A DNA stretch of 49,924 nucleotides from Conidiobolus incongruus B7586 (lineage: Eukaryota), in contig JNEM01011231.1 of assembly GCA_000697335.1 (NCBI GenBank), positions 1 to 49,924 of the forward strand, in the 5' to 3' direction. The notes under the pieces were generated by a model that was not told where the DNA came from, did no database searches, and saw only the letters and a program-made list of their open reading frames with translations. Made by a program: the position numbers and the translations under genes. Numbering within the stretch: the first letter of the stretch is position 1; each line of letters begins with the position of its first letter. This document shows positions 1 to 11,421 of this stretch, in pieces.

Positions 1-2048
1 CTTATGTAACTAATATTAAAGTATCTTGATAATTTTTTAATTAAAATAAAAAGATATTTTTTTATACATTAACTTATAAAAGTAAGTTATAAAATCAAAA
101 ACACTTATATTTTTACTAATAATTTAATTAATATTTAATAAAATAAATCTAAATTAAATAATTAAAATCTATTATATTTATTAATTATATATATTATTAA
201 ATGATGATATTTAGCTATTAATTAATTAAAATATAAACTTTTAAATTTTACTTAGGGTAAGTTATAAATTTGTAGGTTTTTAATGATAAAAAAAATTAAA
301 ACTTAATGTATTTACTTTTAGCTTTTTTAACTTTTTTAAGTTTGTAGGGTATAAAATCAACTAACTTTTTATATTAAAAAAGGTTAATCTTGTTTTATAC
401 TTCTTAAACATATTTTTAAAGTTGATTTAAATTTTTAACTAGGGGGAAAACTTTAATAACTTTTTTTAATTAATTTTAAAAATATTTAATTAGATTAAAG
501 TTAAAAAATTAAAAAAGCTACTTTATAACTATTATCTTATTATTTTTAAATTATTTGGTAATAAAAGTTATAGTATAACAAAAGGTATTATCTTACTAGA
601 AAATAATATTAGATTTATTTAACCTATATTATTCAATGGTTTTTTTTAATTTATTATTTAAAATACTTTAGTATATCTTAATATTAATTTTTTTATTAAC
701 TTTACAAAGATACCTTATACCTAAAAACAATATACATCCTTAAATAATAATTAACCTACTATTATACTTTTAGGTAAAATTAATATAATGGTTATAAAGT
801 AATTATATATTTTTTCTAAAGTATTTAGCTTTTTTATTAAATTTACTAAAGTATATTTTTGTTTCATTAAATTAAATAACCTTACTCTAATTAGTTCTAG
901 TTTAATATTAGTAGTAACATTTAAACTCCCACCTAACTTTATAATAAGATTTTTTTAATTAGGGGTGTTTTTTTTAAAGTGTAAGTGGTATTTATATTAA
1001 TATAAAATATATATAGTAGTATTAGTGTTAACTAATATTCTTATATAATTTTATAATTCTTGTTGTATTTCTACAATAATACTATATTTACCTATATTAA
1101 CTAACCTATAAATATACTTTTTATTATGTTTATCTATAATTTTAACACACTTAAGTTTAAGTTTAAATGTTTCTTTATTGTTATTTTTAACAACTTTAAC
1201 TATAGTAAACTAGCTAACACTAGTAATTTTAACAATATTATAAGTTAATTTACTTTTTTTATAAAGTTAATTAATACACAAATAGATTTTTTTAGAGAGG
1301 GATTTAAATATAATAATACTAATAAAAAAAATTTAGTATATCTATAAAATATAATATAAAATAATAGTAAAGAGAGAAAAAAAATATGGTTATATATTAT
1401 TAAATATATCCTTTTATCTTAAAAACCTATAAATTTATAACTCACCTTAGTTAAATATTAAAGGTTAATATTTTTGCTAATAGTTTACTATATATATCTA
1501 AATATATTTATTTATTATTAAATAATATACCTTAATTATATATTATAATTTTAAATAATCTAATATATACAATTGTTTTAGTTATTAATTAATATATATA
1601 TATTTTTGATTTTATAACTCACTTTTATAAGTTAGTGTATATTTTTTAACTCTATTAATAATTAAAAAAGTAAGAATTAAAATTAGTTTTTTAAATTTTG
1701 TTAGGTTTTAAATAATTTCTCTTTTTAACTTTAAAGTAATTTATTTAATAATAAATGGTTGATTTAAATAATAATTTATTATTAAAAGATGCTTATATAT
1801 TTTAAATAATTTTAAAAAATTTATGGTGAAGTTTTATAAATACTAAAATAAAAAACTTTTGATGATTTTTTATTTAGTTTAAGCTTAATAAAATTAAACA
1901 ATAAATATTAATAAGTTAATTTTTTAATCAAAAAAGCAAATATATATATTTTAATTAAATAAAAATATATATTTTATTATTTGACACTAATAATATATTT
2001 GAGAAATTAAAAATTAAGAAATTTTCTATTTCTTCAGATCTAAGGTAA
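1..2048 (-). mobile_element. Degenerate mariner-family DNA transposon (copy A), 5' part, interrupted at 67-1637 by a Tc1 element; continues beyond the left window edge
   Basis: The reverse complement of 1640-2048 and of 1-64 aligns colinearly with about 40576-41077 of the mariner relic (shared catcaaaagttttttattttagtatt and aagatactttaatattagttaca). Terminus GGTAA at 2044-2048 is followed by TA. Confidence 0.85.
67..1637 (-). mobile_element. Hypermutated Tc1-family (DD34E) DNA transposon, 1571 bp, with 35-bp TIRs and TA target-site duplication
   Basis: TIRs 67-101 and 1603-1637 match at 33/35 (both mismatches are transitions) and are flanked by TA (65-66, 1638-1639). On the minus strand, reverting T>C/A>G restores WSKVIWSDETKI (~856-891), KHGGGSI.IWGC (~733-770), IIFQQDNAPCHT (~572-607) and WPPQSPDLNPIEHLW (~476-520), with 34 codons between the second D and the E. 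Confidence 0.92.
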
Positions 2049-2050
2049 TA

Positions 2051-2248
2051 ATAAACAAAAATATATTAAGAACAAGTATAAGGTTTATTATAGATACTGC
2101 ATATAATAACAAGCCAAAACTTAGTTAGTGTACCTAAAATGATATTTATACAATAATATCAGTAATGAGATAAAGTCATATGCATGTGATAAGATTTTAT
2201 TAGTAGAATGTTATGAAACTTGGGAGATTTAGGGTCAGATCTGTCACA
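2051..2248 (-). mobile_element. LTR-like fragment abutting tRNA-Ile and truncated by the mariner insertion
   Basis: Read on the minus strand it starts TGTGACA (plus TGTCACA 2242-2248) 10 bp from the tRNA 5' end. It shares this terminus and the words AACATTCTAC and AATAAACCTT, in the same order, with the solo LTR at 27692-28224. Confidence 0.5.
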
Positions 2249-2258
2249 GGTGAAAGGA

Positions 2259-2332
2259 GCTCCCATAGATCAGTTGGTTAGAGTATGGTGCTAATAACGC
2301 AAAGGTCACAGGTTGAGTCTCTGTTGGGAGCA
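2259..2332 (+). tRNA. tRNA-Ile(AAT), probably a pseudogene
   Basis: Acceptor stem GCTCCCA/TGGGAGC, anticodon loop CT-AAT-AA and a downstream T-run. The D-stem (GATC/GAGT), anticodon stem (TGGTG/CGCAA) and T-loop (GGTTGAGTC instead of GGTTCGA) are damaged. Confidence 0.8.
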
Positions 2333-2558
2333 TATTTTTTTAATGATATTTCGTATTTTTATATTAATTTGATTGATAATTATTTATACATTAATTGCTA
2401 AATCATTGAATAATTAATCTAAATAAAAATCAAAATTTTATATACCATTTATCAAATGTTTAAAAATTTCATTATTGTTTCTGATATTTTCACAATATAA
2501 AAAATTAAGATTAGACCATAGTATAAAAGCAACTATTAATTATTTTATTTTTCAACGT

Positions 2559-4930
2559 TTAAGATTGTGGTAAAGAATCCAATTGCTTCAAATCGGAATG
2601 GATAGCTTGAAGCCAAGACTGAATGTTCTGTAATTGAAGTTCTATTTGATTTACAATTTCTAGACCAGTATTTAAGTGTTCATAATCAATCGATTGAATC
2701 GTCAAAAAGCCACTGTGGTTATTATACGATTTGGGAGTGTCGTCTTGGATTAATAATGGCAGCGGTTGAGAAGGCTGATGTTTTAGCTGCGATATCAGTT
2801 GTGGGCTGTTGTTGGTATTGCTAGAATTACCAGATTTAATACCCAAGCTGAGTAAGGAACCCGATGATGATTGCTATTTGGAGTAAAATTTAATATAAGA
2901 AAAATATATGAAGAAATATATATATACCTTCTTATGAGTTTTTGGAGGAATGGTGATTGCTGCAACAGGAATTAATTTGGAGCTTGGCGGAGTTTGTGCA
3001 ATTTTAGCAATTGGTGATGATACATTTGAAAATTTTAGAGGACTAGATGTGGAATGGGCTAATGACATGGTACTAGGTTTACGCTGAGCATAAAAGTTTT
3101 TTGGAATCAGTGGTGGCGAATCAATTAATGACTGAAGCTCATCTTTGGCAAGCTGGGAAAGTGATTTCGATCTTCGTTTTGTGGTTATTTTAAATTGTTT
3201 CAGTTGTTGAACTCTCTGATCAGATGGCGGTGGTGGGATTGGGGGTTGTTCTGACGTTGTTCTGGGGAATGATGGTGGTAGAGTTGAATTCTGGTCCTCC
3301 GTTCGCGTGATAGCTCTTTGACGAGCAGTGGCATTTCTTAATGCAGATTTAGGAGGAGGAAAGATTGGTTCAGTAGGCTTATCTTGATTAGGAATAATAG
3401 AATTTGGAGGTTGTTTAATTGTTTTTGTAACTGATGAGTTAGTTGATTTAATGGTGAGAGTAGAAATATGATCATCAGAAGGTATATTAATAATTACTGG
3501 TTTTTTGGCTGATTCAATGAAGTTGGCTTTAGGCATTTCGCCTAACGGAATATCATCCTTCTCCTGGTCAAAAAACATTTTGCTCAAAATAAGATCTTGC
3601 TTGTTATGAGGAGGAATGATTGCTTTAAGTTTAATAGTATCATTATCGGGTGCCTGACCAAAAGCGTGTGTGCCAGGTAGATCTGGTATTGTGGGAGATA
3701 CACAATCAAATAATTCCTTAGATGATATGGGGTCATCAGTTTTAATCGTTAAATTGTTATTTTTTTTATCAGAAGCTGATTTAATAGGAGTTTCATCTTG
3801 AAGATAACTTTTAACAGTATCAAAATTCCAGCATGATATATTGGCCGGATTATCATCATCTTCGTCACTAGAACCTGCAGAAGTATCCGTATCGCCCACC
3901 AAAATCATTGAAGCTCTGGAATTTTTGACTGATTTATATCTTTCATGTCTCACAATCAATTCTTTAAGCACGGACACTGGTAATTTGGAATAGGTTTTGA
4001 TAAATCGATGTTTTAAAAGTTCATCAGCTGTTGGTCTTTCTTCAGGTTTGCTAGTGAGGCAAAGTGCTACAAACTCCTTAATCAATGGAGAAAATGGCCC
4101 TACTAGTTTGGGTGGCTTATTTTCAGATAACATCATCAGTGCATTTCTGGGGTCATGTTCGGCATATGGGGGATTTCCTGTAGCAATTTCATAGACTGTG
4201 ATGCCAAGAGACCAAATGTCAGCTTTGAAGTCATACACACAACCGTCTCTAATTACTTCAGGCGCCATCCAATATGGGGTACCAACGAATGAATACCGTT
4301 GTAAGGAATTCAAGCTAATCTCTCTGGCAATGCCAAAATCACAAAGTTGGACTTGACCAGTTTCTGTTAGTAAAATATTGGCAGCTAAACTTGAATCATA
4401 AGTATTTATTTAATTCATTCAAGATAATTAAAGTTGAACCTTTGATATCTCTGTGAATAATATCTTGCTTATGGATGTAATTCAATGCGATTAACATTTC
4501 TCTGATTACTATAGAAATGAATTTCTCTTCGATTACGCCTGATTTCATGATATTTCTAATTGAACCACCAGCTGCATAATCCATAATCACCCATAATTTT
4601 GTCTTATCTAAGAAAGAGCCATGATACCTCGTAATGTTATGATGCTCAGAGCCTTGTAATTGAGAAAGGAGAGCTATTTCTCTTTGAGTATCTGCTATTT
4701 CTTCTTCATCTGTATCTAAATTTAATATTTTTATCGCCACTACTTTATTCGTCCTTTTATCAATTCTAGATAGCAAGTATAAAAAAAATTATTATTGAAT
4801 TTAAATATTATAATGAACTTATTAAAAAAATTTACCCTTTATAAACTTCACCATAAGCACCCCTACCGACACATTCTAATTTTTCGTAAAGTGAGGATGC
4901 ATTAACAGAGTTATGATTAGGAATGTTCAT
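2559..4930 (-). CDS. Ste20/GCK-family Ser/Thr kinase, Kic1/Nak1/POD-6-like; multi-exon
   Basis: Spliced model from ATG 4930 gives GRGAYGEVYKG, VVAIKILNLDT..EIADTQREIALLSQL, HRDIK, DFG and GTPYWMAPE, then a long Pro/Ser-rich tail and C-terminal coiled coil. Introns near 4835-4766, ~4438-4386 and ~2927-2874. Confidence 0.9.
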
Positions 4931-6269
4931 ACTTTTATTCAAATTTAAATTATACTTATATCATTTATGGAATAATCACAATTTTCTATAAAAAATATTA
5001 ATTATTGTTATAATATTAATATTATTCGGTGTTATTTGAATATTTGATAGTAAATATATTTTGTAATTGGTTAAGATATTTCAAAACAGAGTCCCCAATA
5101 AATTTCATTTTTTTATTTTTCACTTTGAATGTATTATGGGACTACTTAACATATGATTTCTCATTTTTAACAGTCTATTACAAAATTGTATAAATATATA
5201 TCTGTAAATATATATAAATTTTATTCATTAACATCCTCTATATTCTATTATTATTATTCAAATACATTTTATATCTCTAGTTATTTTAAAACAGAATTCG
5301 CAATTCCTAAACTCGGAATAAAGAATTGATGTCTTATATTCATTGCATTTTTCAATATTATATATAATTAATCTAAAAAGTGTTTTCACAGATATTAAGC
5401 TTATTTAAGTTTTTTATTACATTAATCTTTTAACCATTTTCATTAAATTAATATTTTAAATATATTTTTGAGGATCATTGTTAATATATAATCCATATAA
5501 TTGAGTATTTCAATGCTAGTAAAATCTAAAGCTAAAAAATTTAAAAACTGCACTTCTAATATAATTTTAAATTATCAGTAACCTTTTAGTTTCTATCATG
5601 TAGAGAATCTTGTGGATTGTAAGATATGTAGCTATTGATAATTTTGACAGAAACACAAATGATGATTCATTGTAGTTTGAATAACAATTTTAAATGCCAT
5701 CCAAAAAACTCTCTCATTTTTAGTCAATCTAAAAAAGTATTTTATCATTTCAATCCAATCAAAAATTTAATACTTCAACTAACTCACATCATTCTCATAC
5801 CTTTCACTCTTTTATTTATTATTTAATTATTAAGATCTGATATGGAGTTTGGTAAAAATCACAAAGATTGTATGGATTTAAAAAGTATAGAAATTTTAAC
5901 TCCACTTGAAAGGGAGACTTTTCATATTCCAAAAGAAATAATATTAAAGATGATTTTAATATTAAAGTAACTGTCGTTCATAAATTTTTAACAAATAGCT
6001 TAAAATAATTTTTATTTCTAATTTATATCTACTTTAGACTTTGATGATGATTACGAAAATAACGTTTTTAACTTGATAATATGGCAAAATAAAATTGATT
6101 TATTGTAGTAATTTTTTAAAGTGTCAGAATTAGTCTGTCTTAAATATAATTATAATTAGACATTTTATTCATTGAACAAATACATTCGAAACCTATTATA
6201 AAAATATATTTTATAGGAATACAATGAAAATGGTAACAGCTCTCAATTTATATAAGGCAATTTTAACTT

Positions 6270-6661
6270 TTATTGCGTTGATTCTTCCTCAGATTTAGGT
6301 TTTTCTAATTGAGATTGTAAATTGTTTAACTTTGTTTCAATTTCGTACACTAAAATAAAAAAATTAATAATTAATTTCTTAGATTTAAGCTTAGTATAAA
6401 TACATTTTGTTATAGTTTCTTCGTTAACAAGTTCCAACTTATTATTCTAAATAGCAAGCTATTAGTTTATAGTAATAAATGAATATTTAATTATTCACCA
6501 ATTGTTTAAGATATTGTTCAACCTAAAAAAATTCCATTAATGAATATATTAAATACGCTATAATATAATATTACTAATTGAGAAAACTGTTGTGGTGATT
6601 CAAACTGATCAGGGATCTCAGGCAAGGTATTCCATTGATTAGATTGTTTAACTTTAGACAT
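6270..6661 (-). pseudogene. HSBP1-like small coiled-coil protein gene, 4 exons, with an apparent +1 frameshift near the ATG
   Basis: Exons splice to ..QWNTLPEIPDQFESPQQFSQL|VEQYLKQL|NNKLELVNEETITK|LYEIETKLNNLQSQLEKPKSEEESTQ*, resembling heat shock factor binding protein 1. ATG at 6661 is out of frame by one A in an A-run. Confidence 0.55.
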
Positions 6662-6823
6662 AGTGAATAATCAAATTAAAAGTGATCCTCTATTCATAAA
6701 CTAGAATAGGATTAAATCAATAGAAAAAATTTCCCATAAATTTCAAAAATACCATCCAATATAAATTTAATAAATATATTGACATCATCCATTCATTCAT
6801 TCAGTTAATAAATATTAAATAAA

Positions 6824-8191
6824 ATGAATTCTAATAGTAATAAAAAATTTGAAAGAGAAAAGCACATTCAGTACTTTTTAAAATGTTTGCAAATGCTACC
6901 AAGTCCTTATGCTAGTTCTGAGACTAGCAGGTAATTAATACAATCACTTTATATTTATTGATTAAAAAAACTGAATGTTGGTAACGGATAGAATGACTTT
7001 TATTATGTTTATTTTGAATTCTCTGGATTTAATGAATGTATTGGAGGATAAAATATCCGAAACTGAAAGAAAACATATTATTGACTGGGTATACGCGCAA
7101 CAAGTACTACCTGTCCAAGATAATGAAGGTATTAAAATTACTCAAATTGAAAAATTAAAGTGATAATGAATATCGATGGATTAGACTCTTATAAATATTG
7201 TGGTTTTCGAGGTTCATTATACAGTGGATATCCTTTCGACAGTTCTCCAAGACAATTTCAAACTCGATTAATTAATTATGATAGAGCCAACATAGCCATG
7301 ACCTATGCTGCTCTAAACATCTTAATACTATTAAAGGATGATTTTTCAAGATTGAATCGAGAAGCTATTTTAAACAGTTTAAAATATTTGCAAACTGATC
7401 AAGGTAGCTTCACGCCAACTTATGGAAGTAGCGAAAGTGATTTGAGATTTACTTACTGTGCTTTTACCATCTGTTTCTATTTAAATGGTTGGAGTTATAT
7501 TAATTTGGACAGTGCTTTAAAATACATTAAAGAAAGTCAGGTAATTTTTATTTAACATTAATTTACATTATTCGATATTTATTTATTTTATATTAACTTA
7601 TAGACTTATGAATATGCTATTTCTCAAGCTCCTCACCAAGAATCTCATGGTAACCAATTGATAATGCTTTCATTTAAAATTGTTAACCATAATATAATAT
7701 TTAGGAGGATCAACTTATTGTGGTATTGCATCCCTATTTTTATCTCAGCATTTGACAGATGTATTATTTGATAAAGACAAAACTCTTAAATGGTGTTTAA
7801 AACGTCAAATGAATGGATTCCATGGAAGAACTAGTAAACCTGATGATACTTGCTATTCTTTTTGGATTGGAGCGTCCATTGAAATGCTAGGAGGAATTGA
7901 TTTAATTCATAAAGATGTCAACTTTGATTTCTTACTATACGCACAGTCTAAATTTGGTGGATTTAGTAAATACCCAGGAGGTTTTCCAGGTAATTTGTAT
8001 ATTTATCTAATTATCTATTTTTATAATTCTAAAATCTATTATTAGATTTACTTCATTCTTACTTAAGTTTAGCTGGTATCTCATTAATGGGACTTGAAAA
8101 CTTAAAGCCTTTAAACCCCGCTTTAAATATTTCTCAAATTGCTTTGGAACACTGGCAATTGAATTTAAGGTCTCTGTTTTATGATATTTAG
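6824..8191 (+). CDS. CDC43: Geranylgeranyltransferase type-I beta subunit (PGGT1B/Cdc43-like); multi-exon
   Basis: FEREKHIQYF..LP.PY, CGFRGS, ANIAMTYAAL, ESDLRFTYCA, ESHGGSTYC, GFHGRTSKPDDTCYSFW and PDLLHSYL prenyltransferase motifs; canonical short introns. Confidence 0.93.
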
Positions 8192-8516
8192 TAAAATATC
8201 TTAGCTTATATAAGGCTTACATTAAGTTATATGAATCTAATTTAATTTTTGGAACTTAATATCATTATCAATTTATTTAATTATATTTGTTATCACTATT
8301 ATATAAGCTTTGGGATTTATTTGTTTTTGAATTAGCTTTGAATAATTGTATATTATTGTATATAAAAGTTAATTTAAAATGTCTTAAAATTGAAAAAAAT
8401 TTTCAGGTTTTTCAAATTACAATCCCACAATGATTATCAAATTAAATCATGACATAATTAAATATTGGGTAATTTTGAACAGTCACTTTTATGACCCGTA
8501 GCTTCACAACATTAAT

Positions 8517-9865
8517 ATAACAGTAATTCGTCAAGCTAGTCACGCAGGAAGTTGGTATGAAAAGAGAAGTAATCTAAGTCTCTTTAAAAAGTTTTAATTA
8601 TTAGACTAATATACTTGATCAGGTACTATTTTAAATGATCAATTGAATAGTTGGTTCAAAATAGTATTTGAGTCGACAGCTGATCATAGCGCTAAAATTC
8701 CTATTATTAACTTCAGAGCTTTTATTGCGCCGTAGGAGCATTAATTATTTTGATAATACTTTCATTTAATTAACAATAATTTAGCCATGCTGGATATAGC
8801 TACAGTGGACCAGATGCCGCTTATTTTTACAAGAGTATTGATATTGAACCAATATAATTAATTTAATTATCAGTAATACTGGCTTCATTACTTTATCATT
8901 TTCAAATAAACGTGTATTCATTTTGGGACCTTCTCACCACTTTTACTTAGCTGGATGTGCTTTAACCCAGTGTGATGAGTATGAAACTCCATTGGGAAAT
9001 CTCGAAATTGATAAGACTAGTAAGCCAAAGTTTTAGTACGATTAATTTCACTCAAATTAACATCAATATTTTATTATCAATTAGTTAATAAAGAATTGTA
9101 TGAAACTGGTCAATTCTAAAATTTAGATCACGAAGCAGACGAAGATGAGAATAGTATTGAAATGCAATTACCATATGTTTAAAAGTATTCGAATCCGAGT
9201 AAATATTTTATTTGAATCATTTGACCTAACTGTCATTGATCATGATTTATAGAATTGATGAAATTGAGATCGTGCCTATTTTAGTAGGTGGCTTAGATAC
9301 AGGAAGTGAGCGTACTTATGGAAAATTACTTTCAAAATATTTGAAAGATCCTGCCAATTTATTTTTAATTTCCTCTGATTTTTGTCATTGGTAATCTTTT
9401 TTACATATTACTAATATAAACACTAATCCATTGAATGCATGAAGGGGAACCAGATTTCGCTACACTTTCTTCTCCCACAAAACTTCTCCAAGCCGATCTC
9501 CCTCCAATATCCGCAACATTGACAAGTTTGCAGTATCAATTTATCAGTCCATTGAGAATTTGGATCGAGAGGTCATGGATAAGATTGAAACTTTGAATTT
9601 AGACGAATTTGCTACTTATTTGTCTAAGACAAGAAACATTATTTGTGGTCGTCATCCCATTGGCGTGTTGTTAGGTATGGTTGAAGCATTATATCTTAAT
9701 GCAACCAGACATCCAGACCAAAATCCCAGAGTGGAGGATGGAATCTTGAAAGATGAAAAGCCATTCTTAAAGTTTATTCACTACTCTCAATCCAGTCAAT
9801 TTGTGGACCCAAGTGATAGCTCTGTAAGTTATACCGCTGCTTACCTTTATTTGCCTACTGAATAG
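8517..9865 (+). pseudogene. MEMO1: MEMO1 (AmmeMemoRadiSam B/Mho1 family) pseudogene
   Basis: Motifs IRQASHAGSWY, PHAGYSYSG, VFILGPSHH, SSDFCHWG, ICGRHPIG and SSVSY are present. The start is ATA (8517), intron 8854-8906 reads AT..AA instead of GT..AG, and there are in-frame TAA codons at 9117 and 9180 plus a frameshift. The conserved EHS reads ENS. Confidence 0.85.
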
Positions 9866-10156
9866 TTTTTATATATGATAAATTTGCAAATAAAGTAATA
9901 TTTAGTTTTTCAATTTATACTACAGAGTGAAAAATATGGTGATATTCAATATTCTCAAATAGCGATTAATAATATGACTTGTATTTTAATTTTAATTTAA
10001 ATTTATTTTACCCATAAACCTAATGTCCAAAATTTCAGAAGTAAAAAGTCACTTGATTCATTTGTAATTTTTTATTTTTATTTTTCATCTTTTAATATCT
10101 GCTCTTAATCTTTTTATATTGACTAACTTTTATTACATAAACAAAAATTAAAAAAA

Positions 10157-10946
10157 ATGGTAAAAAATTAATTAATTTTAATTTATTCTAATTAATAATT
10201 TGAACAGTCATCAACAACACCTCCTCCCAACAAAAAGATAAGTATTGAAGATTGGGAAGCAATGCTAAGTAAAGTGGACATTTCCAAAAAGGAACTCAAC
10301 AAGCTGATAATGAATTATATGGTTATTGAGGGGTATAAAGATGCAGCTCAAGCTTTTAGCGAAGAAGCTGACCTAAGTACTGAAATGGATTTGGCTTCTA
10401 TCGATCTAAGAATGAACGTACGCAAAGCTGTTCAAAACGGTCATATTGACCAAGCTATCGATTTAGTTAATGAGATAAACCCTGAAGTAATTTTTTCAAC
10501 TTATAATTTTAATTAATATTAATTTTTGAATATAGATTTTAGAAACTAACCATCAACTTTACTTTCATTTACAACAACAAAATTTAATTGAATTTATCAG
10601 AGAGGGAAAAGTTGAAGAGGCTTTGGATTTCGCTCAGGAGCATTTAGCTAAAAGGGGGATGGAGAATCGAGAACTATTGGAAGAATTGGAACGTACAATG
10701 GTCCTTTTATTATTTGACCAGAAGGATGACTCTCCAGTTGCTGAGCTACTCGATTATACACATCGTCAGAAGACTGCAAGTGAATTGAATGCGGCTATTC
10801 TGACTTCACAGAGTCAAGCCAAAGATCCTAAGCTTCCCACTTTGCTCAAGCTTCTTGCATGGAGTCAAAATAGATTAAAACAAGAATTGGAATTTCCTGA
10901 AATTAACGACTACATAAATTGCGAATTGGAACCTCACCAGTCTTAA
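10157..10946 (+). CDS. GID8: GID/CTLH E3 ligase subunit Gid8/TWA1 (LisH-CTLH-CRA)
   Basis: LNKLIMNYMVIEGYKDAA (LisH), AIDLVNEINPEILE..LYFHLQQQNLIE (CTLH) and QRQKTASELNAAIL-like CRA. First coding exon is the ATG alone (10157-10159). Confidence 0.92.
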
Positions 10947-11421
10947 ATTTTATTACACACTTTTGCTTTTATAATAAACATTAAGACTATTTAATATTAT
11001 TAAATCAAATATTATATAGAATGATATAATATAGTAATCTTTTTATTCTCAGGGTTTTACAATAGAAAAATAAAACTGAGTAGTCTTGAACTATGTAAAG
11101 TAATTTTTGATTGATTGATAATTTTATTTATATGTATTAAACTTGAATCATTTGATTGAATAAGATTCTCTTATTATATTCAATTAGCTGGATTGTTATA
11201 TTCAAGTTAAATATATAGGTAATTATTGGTGTAAATCCAGTTTCATTAAGTCAATGGGTAAATGGTACTCATTTGAGAATGATGCTATTAAATTCACAAA
11301 TGCTGTAGTCGTAGTATTAATATTACAAAAATAGGTTTAGTATTGATGAGAACATGGTTTAGGGAATTGCGAATATACACATGAATAAAGTATTCTGATT
11401 ACTAATGTATTCCTTAAGTAT

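Noticed and set aside
5513..6110. Patchy coding-like fragments with one intron-like gap (~5967-6037)
   Set aside because: No coherent frame or family could be built; at best a very old relic.
8854..8906. AT..AA intron as a possible U12/AT-AC or other non-canonical intron
   Set aside because: It lacks the ATATCC U12 donor and branch consensus, and the gene has stops elsewhere, so mutated GT-AG sites are the simpler explanation.
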